51,500 nt of DNA from an uncultured Opitutaceae bacterium. Its GTDB lineage: Bacteria > Verrucomicrobiota > Verrucomicrobiia > Opitutales > Opitutaceae. Positions 26,254-35,827 of this stretch are shown here, piece after piece. Position 1 is the stretch's first letter, and the number at the start of each line of letters is the position of its first letter. The notes under the pieces were generated by a model. That model had not been told where the DNA came from. It was given only the letters and a program-made list of their open reading frames with translations, and made no database searches. Location of the stretch: assembly GCA_964526145.1 (NCBI GenBank), contig CAZGJB010000001.1:1-51500 (forward strand), read 5' to 3'. Made by a program: the position numbers and the translations under genes.

Positions 26254-26826
26254 ATGGGTTCAGGCACCAAGGTAACCACTGCTGAAATTGAAGAAGTTAG
26301 ATGGGTGGTGCCCAGTGGGAGAGCCGCGGATGTGGTGGCATACGAAGAGGAGATGATCCGGTTTTTTATCGATACGGCTGACCTCCTCGGGGTGCCCAAA
26401 TCCCTGGCCGCGGTCTACGGCGTCATCTTCGCCACGCCGGAGCCTTTGAGCTTTTCGGAGATCGCGGCGAAGCTGAATTTTTCGAACGGCTCCGTAAGCC
26501 AGGCGCTGCGGGTCCTCCGGGATATGGGCGCTGTGCGCGCTGCGGATGACGGAGTTAAGGCGGAGGGTAGGGGGCGCGCTGCGGCTCGGGATCGGTTTGT
26601 GCCCGACCTCGAGCTGCGCAAGCTGGTTAGTCGATTTATCGAGCAGCGTCTCGAAAAGCAACTGGCCATTGGATCCACCCGCCTGGAAATCCTTAGGCGC
26701 ACGATGCCGAGTAACAATCGTTCGAACGCTGAACTCGGCCGTCGTCTCAAGTCCCTTGCCGATTGGCACACCCGTGCACGTCAGCTCCTCCCCGTAGTCC
26801 GGACCGTTTTGCGGATCACACCCTGA
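26254..26826 (+). CDS. GbsR/MarR-type winged-helix transcriptional regulator
   Basis: ...EEEMIRFFIDTADLLGVPKSLAAVYGVIFATPEPLSFSEIAAKLNFSNGSVSQALRVLRDMGAV... matches the GbsR-type pattern. The start is uncertain; the ORF opens at a GTG at 26077. Confidence 0.55.
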   Translation: MGSGTKVTTAEIEEVRWVVPSGRAADVVAYEEEMIRFFIDTADLLGVPKSLAAVYGVIFATPEPLSFSEIAAKLNFSNGSVSQALRVLRDMGAVRAADDGVKAEGRGRAAARDRFVPDLELRKLVSRFIEQRLEKQLAIGSTRLEILRRTMPSNNRSNAELGRRLKSLADWHTRARQLLPVVRTVLRITP

Positions 26827-27070
26827 TCCCCCAAGGCCACCCCGCAGTCCCAGCACCCATGCGGACTAAGTTTCACGCCGCCCAGCGCCGCTCCCACACC
26901 GGAAGCGACCGGGCGAAGCGTGAGCTAGTTCTATATGCCGAAACTTTTGGGCATAGCGTATCTCGCCACGTGCTAAGCGGAATTCGTTTTGCGTCCAAGT
27001 GTACAAAACCTTGTAATACTGCGTCACTAAAAACGTGCAAGACCCGTTTATTCCTAAACCAATAACAAAC

Positions 27071-27076
27071 TATAAT
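27071..27076 (+). promoter_or_regulatory. Candidate -10 box (TATAAT) for the low-GC gene block
   Basis: A perfect TATAAT lies 22 nt upstream of the ATG at 27099. The candidate -35 (TTATTC at 17-nt spacing) is weak. The promoter rules for this lineage are unknown to me. Confidence 0.25.
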
Positions 27077-27098
27077 GGAGCACTAATTCAAAATAACC

Positions 27099-28109
27099 AT
27101 GAAATCACTAGATAATAAGCGCATTTTAGTCACAGGTGGCACGGGCTCCTTTGGTCTGTTCATAGTAAATCGCCTACTAAAATTCGGAGTAAGCGAGGTA
27201 AGAATTCTGAGCCGTGATGAGAAAAAACATTACGATATGCGCCGACACTTTAGTGCTGAAAAGCGCCTAAACCTAATAACCGGTGATATACGAGATCCCC
27301 AGCGAGTAAGACAGGCAATAAAGAACTGTGACATTGTATTCCAGGCAGCAGCGCTAAAGCACGTTAATAACTGCGAACTGCACCCCTACGAAGCTGTACA
27401 GACTAACGTAATCGGTGTCCAAAATGTTATCAATGCGGCAATTGATTCTGGCGTGGATAAGTTTATTACAGTAAGCACCGACAAGGCTGTAAAGCCGGTT
27501 AACATAATGGGAATGACCAAAGCTGTGCAGGAGAAGCTTACGATCGCTGCAAATCAGTTGCCGAATAACACCGGGACCCGTTTTAGCTGTGTGCGGTACG
27601 GTAATGTGATGAGTTCGCGAGGCTCTGCGATTCCACTCTTCCGATCTTTAGTAGATGCGCGTAGGCCAATAACAATCACCCATCGAGAAATGACGCGTTT
27701 CCTGCTTACGCTCGATCACGCGATTGATTTAGTAATGTTTGCGACCGATAATATGAAAGGAGGAGAAACTTTCATTAAAAAGGCTCCAGCAACCAAAATC
27801 GTCGATCTCGCGCGCGCGATAGCAGTTCAAAAGAACGCGCCATTCGTGTTGGAGGACATTGACATGTTTCCAGGTGAGAAACTTCACGAGGTGCTGATGT
27901 CGGAAGAAGAACTCCCGCGCGCTCACGATCGCAGCGAATATTTTGTGGTTCAACCTTGGTGGTCAAAAGAACGCCCTTTTGAAGCTAAGATCGAATATTC
28001 CTCACAAAATGAAATTATGACGTCGACCGACGACATCATCGCACTCCTCGAGGAATCCGATCAAGAGTTTGAACGATATGGTCTAGATGGCTCGGTTTTC
28101 ATGAAATAG
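27099..28109 (+). CDS. UDP-GlcNAc 4,6-dehydratase/5-epimerase of the CapE/FnlA/WbjB type
   Basis: The sequence ILVTGGTGSFG, SRDEKK, AAALKHV, STDKAV and RYGNVMSSRGS is colinear with CapE. The catalytic Y-x3-K is replaced by M-x3-K (NIMGMTK), which is the hallmark S-M-K triad of the CapE/FnlA subgroup. Confidence 0.8.
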   Translation: MKSLDNKRILVTGGTGSFGLFIVNRLLKFGVSEVRILSRDEKKHYDMRRHFSAEKRLNLITGDIRDPQRVRQAIKNCDIVFQAAALKHVNNCELHPYEAVQTNVIGVQNVINAAIDSGVDKFITVSTDKAVKPVNIMGMTKAVQEKLTIAANQLPNNTGTRFSCVRYGNVMSSRGSAIPLFRSLVDARRPITITHREMTRFLLTLDHAIDLVMFATDNMKGGETFIKKAPATKIVDLARAIAVQKNAPFVLEDIDMFPGEKLHEVLMSEEELPRAHDRSEYFVVQPWWSKERPFEAKIEYSSQNEIMTSTDDIIALLEESDQEFERYGLDGSVFMK

Positions 28110-28150
28110 ATACCGAGAAGTGGCTTAGAAGCTGATTTGCTCAACGAAAT

Positions 28151-29326
28151 ATGAAAGAGCTTTATAGGAATATACCATTCTGCCGCGGCTGTGGAGAGGC
28201 GGGCAATGCACTAAAGCCGGTGTTCGCGATGGATCCCATGCCCTTAGCAGGGGGATATTGTGAGTCGCGGACTCAAGCTGAGAGCGCTGAAAAGTTTCCA
28301 TTGACATGGATTGTTTGTACCCGGTGCGGACTCACGCAAGTGCTAGAGGATGTCTTAGATTCTGTCCTTTATGAGAAGTACAATTACTCTTCTTCGACAA
28401 TCAGCGGAATGGTAAAGCACTTCGCTGAGTACTCAAATTTTCTTCAAAACGAGTATAAGAATGTCCCTGCGGTTCGGCTGTTGGAAATCGGATGTAATGA
28501 TGGCGTATTGCTCAATCAGCTTCCAATCTCATGGCAATTGTTTGGAGTGGACCCAAGTGACATCGCGCGCACGGGAAGTTTCGCAGGCAGTCGCTATGAA
28601 CTGATTAATGCAGGCTTTTCACCGTCAGTCGTGAGGGAGCATAAACTTGAAGAGTATTTCGACGTGATTACAGGATCAAATTGTTTGGCCCACATATCCG
28701 ATTTGAAAAAAGTTTTTGAAGCCGCGTATATTGCTCTTCGCTCAGGGGGTCATCTCTGGATTGAAGTACACGACTTCGATGCATTACTAAAAGCAGGGCA
28801 GTGGGATACTATCTATCACGAGCACAAGGTGGAATGGTCGGAATCATCGTTAATATTTTGCTTAGGTCAACTTGGCTTTAGTCTGATAAAGACGAAGCGG
28901 CTCGAATTACATGGCGGTCTTTTACGAATTTGCTTTAAAAAAGGAGAAAAGTCGGACGCTCTTGCGGTACCTACTATTGCAGACTTTAGTCTTATCAAAA
29001 AATCTTTTGAACGAAGGTACGACCAGCCCTCGAGCGTGTTGATAAGAGAAGCAAACGCTCGAAAATCCGGCGTGGCAGCATATGGGGCAGCGGGACGCGC
29101 CACAGTTTACCTGAATCAAATGAGAGAACTTCGATTCGATTTTATCGTAGACGAGTCCCCAGTGCGCTGCGGCAAGTTCATCCCTGGAACCGCGCTCCCC
29201 ATTGTTCCCCGCTCTGCCCTTGCAAGACACTCGCCAGAGCTTTGTTTAATAACTGCATGGAGCTATAAAGATCAGATTACTGTTAAGAATTCAGATTACC
29301 GTGGATGTTGGCTCACCGCATTTTGA
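28151..29326 (+). CDS. SAM-dependent NDP-sugar C-methyltransferase-like protein (TylCIII-like architecture)
   Basis: The N-terminus has a 4-Cys zinc ribbon (CRGCG...CTRCG). SAM motif I is LLEIGCNDG. The C-terminal segment is ...WDTIYHEHKVEW.... Confidence 0.7.
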   Translation: MKELYRNIPFCRGCGEAGNALKPVFAMDPMPLAGGYCESRTQAESAEKFPLTWIVCTRCGLTQVLEDVLDSVLYEKYNYSSSTISGMVKHFAEYSNFLQNEYKNVPAVRLLEIGCNDGVLLNQLPISWQLFGVDPSDIARTGSFAGSRYELINAGFSPSVVREHKLEEYFDVITGSNCLAHISDLKKVFEAAYIALRSGGHLWIEVHDFDALLKAGQWDTIYHEHKVEWSESSLIFCLGQLGFSLIKTKRLELHGGLLRICFKKGEKSDALAVPTIADFSLIKKSFERRYDQPSSVLIREANARKSGVAAYGAAGRATVYLNQMRELRFDFIVDESPVRCGKFIPGTALPIVPRSALARHSPELCLITAWSYKDQITVKNSDYRGCWLTAF

Positions 29327-30137
29327 CCGGACCCGCGTTGTTGTCCTTGGTTCTCGCGGCATGCTAGGAAGCATGGTTCGGCGCTATCTCAGCGATGTTG
29401 GATGTGTGGTGCTTGAAGTCTCTGAGCGCTTCTCCCCTCAGAAAGGACTTAAGTTTGTTGCTGCTATACGTGACCTCTCGCCCGAGTGGTGCGTAAACTG
29501 TATCGCAGTTCGTCCAGCTGAGGCTAAGAACGTATCAGAGGTCTGGGCTACGAATTCGCTCTTGCCCCAGTATTGTAGCGTGTATTTACCGGATTCGATC
29601 GGTGTTATTCATGCTAGTACAAATGGGGTTTTCGGACCACATCATACAGGCTGTACGATTTACGATACGCCCGATGCGGTGGATCTCTACGGCTGGTCAA
29701 AACGGCTCGCAGAAGTTGGGATGACGGGGCGGCGGCGTTATACTATACGATGTTCGATTATCGGTTTAGAAAGCGGTCCTCCGCGATCACTAATGAGCAA
29801 AATCCTTGCGGAAAAAGGCGAAATTAAAGGATTCTTAAATCACTATTGGAATGGTGTTACGACCCTCGAGTGGGCGAAGCAGTGTCATGCAATAATCCGA
29901 TCCGAAGGCAATTCCCCTCCTTTGATTCAACCAGGGTTCTGGCCTCCAGTGACCAAACTCGAGGTGGTCCGAAATATCGTCACTATCTTAGGCGATAACA
30001 AGGTTGTGGTTGAAGTGGAGGCACCCCAAGCAGAGCGACGCACCCTCGTGCCAACACATTCTGTAAAATCTATCGATGAGCAACTTAAGGATTTCGCAAC
30101 CTACATACGTGGCGGCACCGCGAAACGCGAGATCTAG
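29301..30137 (+). CDS. RmlD/WbvR-like NAD(P)H-dependent 4-keto-sugar reductase
   Basis: The N-terminal Rossmann fold is VVLGSRGMLGS, and a Y-x3-K motif (LYGWSKRLAE) is present. The GTG start at 29301 overlaps the upstream gene by 26 nt, so the start is uncertain. Confidence 0.55.
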   Translation: MDVGSPHFDRTRVVVLGSRGMLGSMVRRYLSDVGCVVLEVSERFSPQKGLKFVAAIRDLSPEWCVNCIAVRPAEAKNVSEVWATNSLLPQYCSVYLPDSIGVIHASTNGVFGPHHTGCTIYDTPDAVDLYGWSKRLAEVGMTGRRRYTIRCSIIGLESGPPRSLMSKILAEKGEIKGFLNHYWNGVTTLEWAKQCHAIIRSEGNSPPLIQPGFWPPVTKLEVVRNIVTILGDNKVVVEVEAPQAERRTLVPTHSVKSIDEQLKDFATYIRGGTAKREI

Positions 30138-30139
30138 GC

Positions 30140-31657
30140 ATGATGAAGATAAGCAGGCTCGGTGTAAACATCGCCGCTAACGCGGTAAATCGGGCCTGGG
30201 CATTTGTCTCGGCGATCGCATTCATCCCTTTATACGTTCAGTTGCTTGGAACAGAAGCATATGGATTGGTCGGTTTTTATTCTACACTATCAGCATTACT
30301 AACAATTGCTGACCTTGGGTTTAGTGCGACACTTAATCGGCATATGGCGAGGCTTAGAGCTAGTGAAGCCTCGATGCTTTACCGAAGAGACGTACTAGTA
30401 TCTTTTGAAGCAATATATGCACCAATTACAGTATTAATCGCTATTGTAATATGGCATTTTTCAGGCACAGTGGCAATAGGTTGGTTAGATGTTGCTAAAA
30501 TATCACCGATTGAGGTCAAAGAGGCTATTCAGTTGATGGGTTTTGCGATCTCAGCGCAACTTCTTTCAGGACTATATCATGGTGGTCTAATGGGACTTGA
30601 GCGTCAGACGCTCGCAAATGGCATTCAAATTGCCGGTAGTATTGTTAGGCACGGTGGCGGAATACTAGCGCTGGTGTTAATTTCCCCAACAATTAAGGTC
30701 TTTGCCATATGGCAAGTTATCTCATCACTTTGCATTTTGGTTGTTGCGCGTTCGGCGCTATGGCGAATGCAGCGTCCTAACAATTTCCAACGAGGTCCAA
30801 TGTTTACCTGGCAACCGTTCAAGGAAAGCCTCTCGTTTTCCTCCGGTATGGCTAGTATGGCTGTTCTCTCTGTTATACTTACGCAGATTGATAAAATTGT
30901 AGTAAGCAAACTGTTACCCTTGGAGCAATTGGGTGTATATACAATAGCAAGTGCGTATGCGATGGTTCCGATGATGCTCGCAACCCCGGTATCTTCTGCG
31001 GTTACTCCGAGAATTACTGGTCTAATTGCGGTTAATAACCCTGAAGGTGTCGCGGAAATCTTTCATAGGGGAGCGCAGATTATTTCTTTTATCATACTTC
31101 CGGTCGCAGCGATTTTGTTAGCGTTTCCGGATAGAGTGTTCGGACTTTGGCTTGGGGAAAATGCAAGCTTTGATAGTCTTGTGCCGCTTGGGTGTTTGCT
31201 ATTACTAGGTCAATTGATCCAGGCAATCTCGCTGATGCCATATTGTCTAACGTTAGGTCATGGCGCTGTTGGAATCAATGTAAGATTTGGAGTTGCATCA
31301 GTAATATTGGTCGTGCCGCTTTCGGCGATTTTAATATCATCATATGGGCTTCAGGGAGGCGGAGTTGCGTGGTTTTTGATGAACATACTTACCATTCCTT
31401 TGTACTGTCGATTTGTAATACAGAAGTATTTGGCAAAAGGTTGGCTCGTGTGGTTAGGCCGGGATGTTGGAGTAGCAGCATTCTCATGCTTCGGTTTCAT
31501 TTTTGTAATTCGGATGCTTGTCACAATTCCGAGCAATTCAGTTTATGCGGTCTTGGTATTGGTAATTCTTTGGTTGCTAACCAGCGTCGTTGCAGGCGTC
31601 TCACTTTCGGAGGTACGTAGGTTACCTGGCGCTTGGTTGAGGAGATCTTTTGTATGA
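30140..31657 (+). CDS. wzx: Wzx-type oligosaccharide flippase (MOP superfamily)
   Basis: 505 aa with about 12-14 TM segments. The N-terminus is typical of polysaccharide biosynthesis proteins (...AANAVNRAWAFVSAIAFIPLYVQLLGTEAYGLVGFY). Confidence 0.75.
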   Translation: MMKISRLGVNIAANAVNRAWAFVSAIAFIPLYVQLLGTEAYGLVGFYSTLSALLTIADLGFSATLNRHMARLRASEASMLYRRDVLVSFEAIYAPITVLIAIVIWHFSGTVAIGWLDVAKISPIEVKEAIQLMGFAISAQLLSGLYHGGLMGLERQTLANGIQIAGSIVRHGGGILALVLISPTIKVFAIWQVISSLCILVVARSALWRMQRPNNFQRGPMFTWQPFKESLSFSSGMASMAVLSVILTQIDKIVVSKLLPLEQLGVYTIASAYAMVPMMLATPVSSAVTPRITGLIAVNNPEGVAEIFHRGAQIISFIILPVAAILLAFPDRVFGLWLGENASFDSLVPLGCLLLLGQLIQAISLMPYCLTLGHGAVGINVRFGVASVILVVPLSAILISSYGLQGGGVAWFLMNILTIPLYCRFVIQKYLAKGWLVWLGRDVGVAAFSCFGFIFVIRMLVTIPSNSVYAVLVLVILWLLTSVVAGVSLSEVRRLPGAWLRRSFV

Positions 31658-32862
31658 GAGTTCCAATACTTTCTGTAGTGGTGCCGACGAAAAATCGATC
31701 AGAATACGCTCGTTGGAGTATTCGGAGCCTCCAATCGCTTCTATCCGCGGATTGCGAGATTGTGGTTCACGACAATAGCGACGACGATTCGCTCGGTCGA
31801 GAGGTGGTACTTAATAAGCTAGGCTGTACTGTTAAGTATATTTGGACCGGTGACAAACTGAGCATTAACGAAAACTGCGATCGCGCGATAGGTATGGCTT
31901 CGGGAGAGTTTGTAGCGATGATTGGTGACGATGACGCAATTGGGCCTGACCTTGAACGTATTGCCCGTTGGGCTTTGGTTCGGGATATTGATGCTGTTGT
32001 GCCCGCGAATATCGCCCATTACCTTTGGCCAGATCTCAACCTAGGAACCGAGCGCATAGGGCAGGGTACCCTTACGATAAAACCTTTCACGGGCCGAATT
32101 GGCCAAGTAAAAGTCTTGCACGGCCTACAGAAATTTCTGCGGAGCGGGTGTTTGACGATAGTCAATTCGATCGAGATGCCAAAATTGTATTACGGGCTAG
32201 TTCGCAGACGGTGTCTAGACGATGTAAAAAATGTAGCGTTAACGTTTTTTCCAGGTGTAAGTCCTGACGTGGCGGCCGCGGTAAGCTTGAGTCTAGTTGT
32301 CAAACGATTATACTACATAGATTATCCATTGTTTTTACCAGGAAGTAGCTATAAAAGTGGTGCTGGTTCAAGTGCGCGAAAAAAGCACTATGGTCAGCTT
32401 AAAGATCAAAAGCACCTTTCGGAAAGGTACGTCGCCGATTGGCCAAATATCGTTCCTCGAGTCTTCACCGTGCAAACACTTTGGGGTGCTTCTGCTGTTC
32501 AAGCTCTTAAAGCATTTCGCCGGCAAGATCTTATAGTCAAATTTAACAAAGTTCGTCTTTTTGCATTCTGCTATCTTTTTAACCCGGCGATTCGGTTTCA
32601 AATTGGCGAGGAAATGCGAATCGCAATAGGTTCGGATAGCTTTGATAGCATTGCAGATCGCGCAAGATTTTTACTATATTTAATCGTCGGAGTTCGTATG
32701 CGGTTGGGCGCGCTATTTTCACGAGTTTTAATGAAGAGGAGAGTCACGAATGAGATAAAAGGGAAAGGACCTGAGAATATCTTTTTTGCGGTGGCTGAGT
32801 TGCAAAAGACGTTATCTACACACAGAAACACGCTTTCTCTTGATAAATATACGGAAGCGTGA
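31654..32862 (+). CDS. Family 2 glycosyltransferase
   Basis: ILSVVVPTKNR...VHDNSDDDS...IGDDD are GT-A/DxD features. The ATG overlaps the wzx stop (ATGA). Confidence 0.7.
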   Translation: MRVPILSVVVPTKNRSEYARWSIRSLQSLLSADCEIVVHDNSDDDSLGREVVLNKLGCTVKYIWTGDKLSINENCDRAIGMASGEFVAMIGDDDAIGPDLERIARWALVRDIDAVVPANIAHYLWPDLNLGTERIGQGTLTIKPFTGRIGQVKVLHGLQKFLRSGCLTIVNSIEMPKLYYGLVRRRCLDDVKNVALTFFPGVSPDVAAAVSLSLVVKRLYYIDYPLFLPGSSYKSGAGSSARKKHYGQLKDQKHLSERYVADWPNIVPRVFTVQTLWGASAVQALKAFRRQDLIVKFNKVRLFAFCYLFNPAIRFQIGEEMRIAIGSDSFDSIADRARFLLYLIVGVRMRLGALFSRVLMKRRVTNEIKGKGPENIFFAVAELQKTLSTHRNTLSLDKYTEA

Positions 32863-32964
32863 AAAGATTTTTAATACCGCGTTCCGTAATAATACGGCAA
32901 GTCTGTTAAATTTGAATCTATTTAATAAGAGTGCTTAGCAATTGCTAAGTAGCCGTATACACAT

Positions 32965-34347
32965 ATGAAACGACTGCTTTATATATTAATTTTCGTAAGT
33001 CCGGTAATTCAATCAGTCCCGGTCGCAAACATAGGAACTCGGTCGGTGTCGCTGGGTATTGATACCTTTCTGCTCATGTTGATTTACCTAGCATGGATAA
33101 CTGCTAGGCCACGGATGTTGGGCAAGCATCATCCGCAAGGCGTTTCTGCAGCATTCGGAGTTGGTGGAATGGTAATGTGTCTTTTGCTTTCATTTGGACT
33201 CACTTTGAGCCAACCGCGGGCGTTTGGTCAAATAGTAGACTCAACATTGTTGCTGCTCCGTTGGTCTCAATATGTTCCATTGGTGTTTATGCTCCCCAAT
33301 ATCTTTTATCGACCTGAAGATATTAAAATTGTCGTAAATACGATTACCGCGAGTGCTGTTATTATATCAATTATAAATATAGTCGAGTTTAACCTTTTTG
33401 GAATTGATTACAATGTTGCAAGAGGTGCCATTTGGGTGACAAAATCAATTTTTATTGAGACAGCCGGTAGTAATTATAACATTAGCGGTGGATACTTAAT
33501 GGTTGCCATTTTGTTAAATGTTTCCCGATTTACTCACGCATATGAGGGAAATCGCGTTTGGACTATAGTGGTTCTTGGTACAATTATCCTAGGTTTAATA
33601 TACAATACATCCCGCAGTTCGATGTTGGGCGTTTTACTCGGTACGGGTATTCTTCTGTCGGAAAGCGCTTCGCGAAGAAGTCACAAAGTTCTCTTTATGG
33701 CAGTAATTGGATCGCTGATTGCAGCGATCTTCCTCGCGCAGGGCGATCTGTTTGAGGGAATTGCAAAAATAGGCGGAGTTTTTAAGGCGATTCCTATGCT
33801 CTTCGGTGAAGCTATTTCTCCCCTTGATTTGCCGGAGCACGTGAGCGGCACTTTCTTTCGCTTCACGATGTGGAATGAAACTTTTAATGAAATATTAAAG
33901 AGCCCAATTTGGGGAAGTGGCCTTGGGTCTTTGCGTTGGAGGTTTGCCGGAGAGCCATTGTTTACTGCCGACAATTACTACTTCGAAATTGTAGCGGATT
34001 CCGGACTGATTGGGTTGGGCGTGTTTATTTATATGCTAAAAAAGTTTTATGTGCGACGTCTTGATTTACGTGCGCTGCGAGGCGCTCCAAATGTTACGAT
34101 CAATTTCTTGTCTAGCGCGCGCGCAATTTTTTGGGCGATTCTGTTAATAAACTTTACAGGAAATATGTTTTCTTCGCAAACAATCTGGGGCATGTTTGTA
34201 ATTCTCAGCTGTATAGCAATTTCCGTAAACTCCGTGCTTTGTAAACGCAACGAATCTTTGGGTACATCGGGTATGCTAGGCGAAATTAGGCAGACGCGTT
34301 CTACCACCGATACAAACTCGATTAAAACGCGCCAGTTCGGAAGATAA
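32965..34347 (+). CDS. wzy: O-antigen polymerase/ligase-family membrane protein (Wzy_C)
   Basis: 460 aa, polytopic. It has ...YNTSRSSMLGVLLG... and a loop ...FTADNYYFEIVADSGLIGLGVF... that resembles the Wzy_C motif. This gene has the lowest GC in the window. Confidence 0.65.
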   Translation: MKRLLYILIFVSPVIQSVPVANIGTRSVSLGIDTFLLMLIYLAWITARPRMLGKHHPQGVSAAFGVGGMVMCLLLSFGLTLSQPRAFGQIVDSTLLLLRWSQYVPLVFMLPNIFYRPEDIKIVVNTITASAVIISIINIVEFNLFGIDYNVARGAIWVTKSIFIETAGSNYNISGGYLMVAILLNVSRFTHAYEGNRVWTIVVLGTIILGLIYNTSRSSMLGVLLGTGILLSESASRRSHKVLFMAVIGSLIAAIFLAQGDLFEGIAKIGGVFKAIPMLFGEAISPLDLPEHVSGTFFRFTMWNETFNEILKSPIWGSGLGSLRWRFAGEPLFTADNYYFEIVADSGLIGLGVFIYMLKKFYVRRLDLRALRGAPNVTINFLSSARAIFWAILLINFTGNMFSSQTIWGMFVILSCIAISVNSVLCKRNESLGTSGMLGEIRQTRSTTDTNSIKTRQFGR

Positions 34348-34438
34348 TGTGAATTGAATAATGCGAAGTAAAACTATTCAGTCTGTCTCCGAAAATTGCT
34401 TCAACAATTCGTTGTGTAGCTTTACGAAAGATTAGAGG

Positions 34439-35572
34439 ATGCTCCCCATAGAAGAAGCCAGTTCTTCCAGAGTCAAAAAGAAGACATGCCTGCGTATTAC
34501 AATACCTACAATGGGATTGTCTCGGTCAGGCGGAGATCGAGTATTGATCGAGATTGCCAATAGGCTTGCCCGTAAGGGACACATTATAACTATACTTGTC
34601 TCGCGACCAAATGCTGTTAGGACATTTCCGATAGAATCTTCAGTACGAATTAAGGTTATTGAAGACAAAAAAAATATTATATCGGAGCTAGTATGGCTCG
34701 TAAAAAATGTGCCCACAGCCACACATGTGGCGCTAGCAAACTACTACCCTACTGCTTACAGTGTCTATACATCATCGTTGCTCCATCCACTAATGCCATT
34801 TTATCTTGTCCAAGGGTATGAACCGGATTTTTTTCGATTCAATAGAGATAAGCTTGTATCTTTGTTAAAAAAATTTGGAGCAATTGTAAGTTATACTTTA
34901 CCGCTAAAGCACCTTTATGTGTCAAAATGGGTCGGCATAAAAGTAGCTCAATTTCGTCCTGCTAAAGCTATTGTGCTCAAAAATGGTGTTGATTCTACAA
35001 TTTTTACTGCAAGTCGGATATATCAATCCCAAAAACGCATTCCGGTAATAATGTTTATCGGCAGCAAAGCTCCCAATAAGGGTTCATCACTTGTGGTCAA
35101 GGCGCTAAATATGCTCGCGCAGTGTTATTCATTTGACGTCCTATTGGTAACGCAAAGTCCTGACTATCGTCCAACAATTAGAGCCGCCGTTGACATTCAA
35201 TCTCCGCGAGATGATTTTGAACTTGCGCAATGCTATCGCCGAGCAGATATATTTGTGTTTTCTTCTCTCCAGGAAGGATTTGGTCTGCCCCCCTTGGAGG
35301 CAATGGCTTGTGGGGCTGCGGTAGTGTGCAGCGCATGTGGCGGGGTAGATGGTTATGCACGCAATGACGAAAACTGCATAAAGGTGGTAGCAGGATCAGC
35401 AGAGGCGTTACACAGCGCGATTGAAAGACTAATACTAAATAATGGCCTTCGGCAAAAATTGGTTTCCGCAGGATACGAAACTGCGTCGGCGTTTTCGTGG
35501 TCGTGTACGGTAGATGCGTACGAACGGATTTTTCAAGAAGCAGCAAATTTGTGCGATAGTCCTGTCATTTAA
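34439..35572 (+). CDS. Family 4 glycosyltransferase
   Basis: GT-B fold. The N-terminus has ..GLSRSGGDRVLIEIANRLARKGH and the C-terminus has the E-x7-E motif (EGFGLPPLEAMACGAAVV). Confidence 0.75.
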   Translation: MLPIEEASSSRVKKKTCLRITIPTMGLSRSGGDRVLIEIANRLARKGHIITILVSRPNAVRTFPIESSVRIKVIEDKKNIISELVWLVKNVPTATHVALANYYPTAYSVYTSSLLHPLMPFYLVQGYEPDFFRFNRDKLVSLLKKFGAIVSYTLPLKHLYVSKWVGIKVAQFRPAKAIVLKNGVDSTIFTASRIYQSQKRIPVIMFIGSKAPNKGSSLVVKALNMLAQCYSFDVLLVTQSPDYRPTIRAAVDIQSPRDDFELAQCYRRADIFVFSSLQEGFGLPPLEAMACGAAVVCSACGGVDGYARNDENCIKVVAGSAEALHSAIERLILNNGLRQKLVSAGYETASAFSWSCTVDAYERIFQEAANLCDSPVI

Positions 35573-35827
35573 AGCACATCGGACTAATTAGGTTCTTGCC
35601 GTTAAAATGCGTTCCTATTCTAAAAAATGCATTATGCCGCTAGAAAGATGTTCGCCAACTCAACTAAGCTTTGCTAAATGTTAAAATTCGATTACGCGAT
35701 GGTTATTCTACCTAAAACGGTTTCGGATAGACAAATTCGATACAACTGCCGGCGGCATCGCATTTTAGGGCGTTTCGATCATATAGAATATGCTCAATCA
35801 TCTTAGCAAGCAACCTTAACGAATTAT

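Noticed and set aside
26827-27098. Possible integrase, transposase or att remnants at the GC-content junctions. I checked the same at about 37.8-40.5 kb.
   Set aside because: I found no ORF with recombinase motifs, no inverted terminal repeats and no tRNA. The 100-aa ORF at 26763-27065 has no recognisable features.
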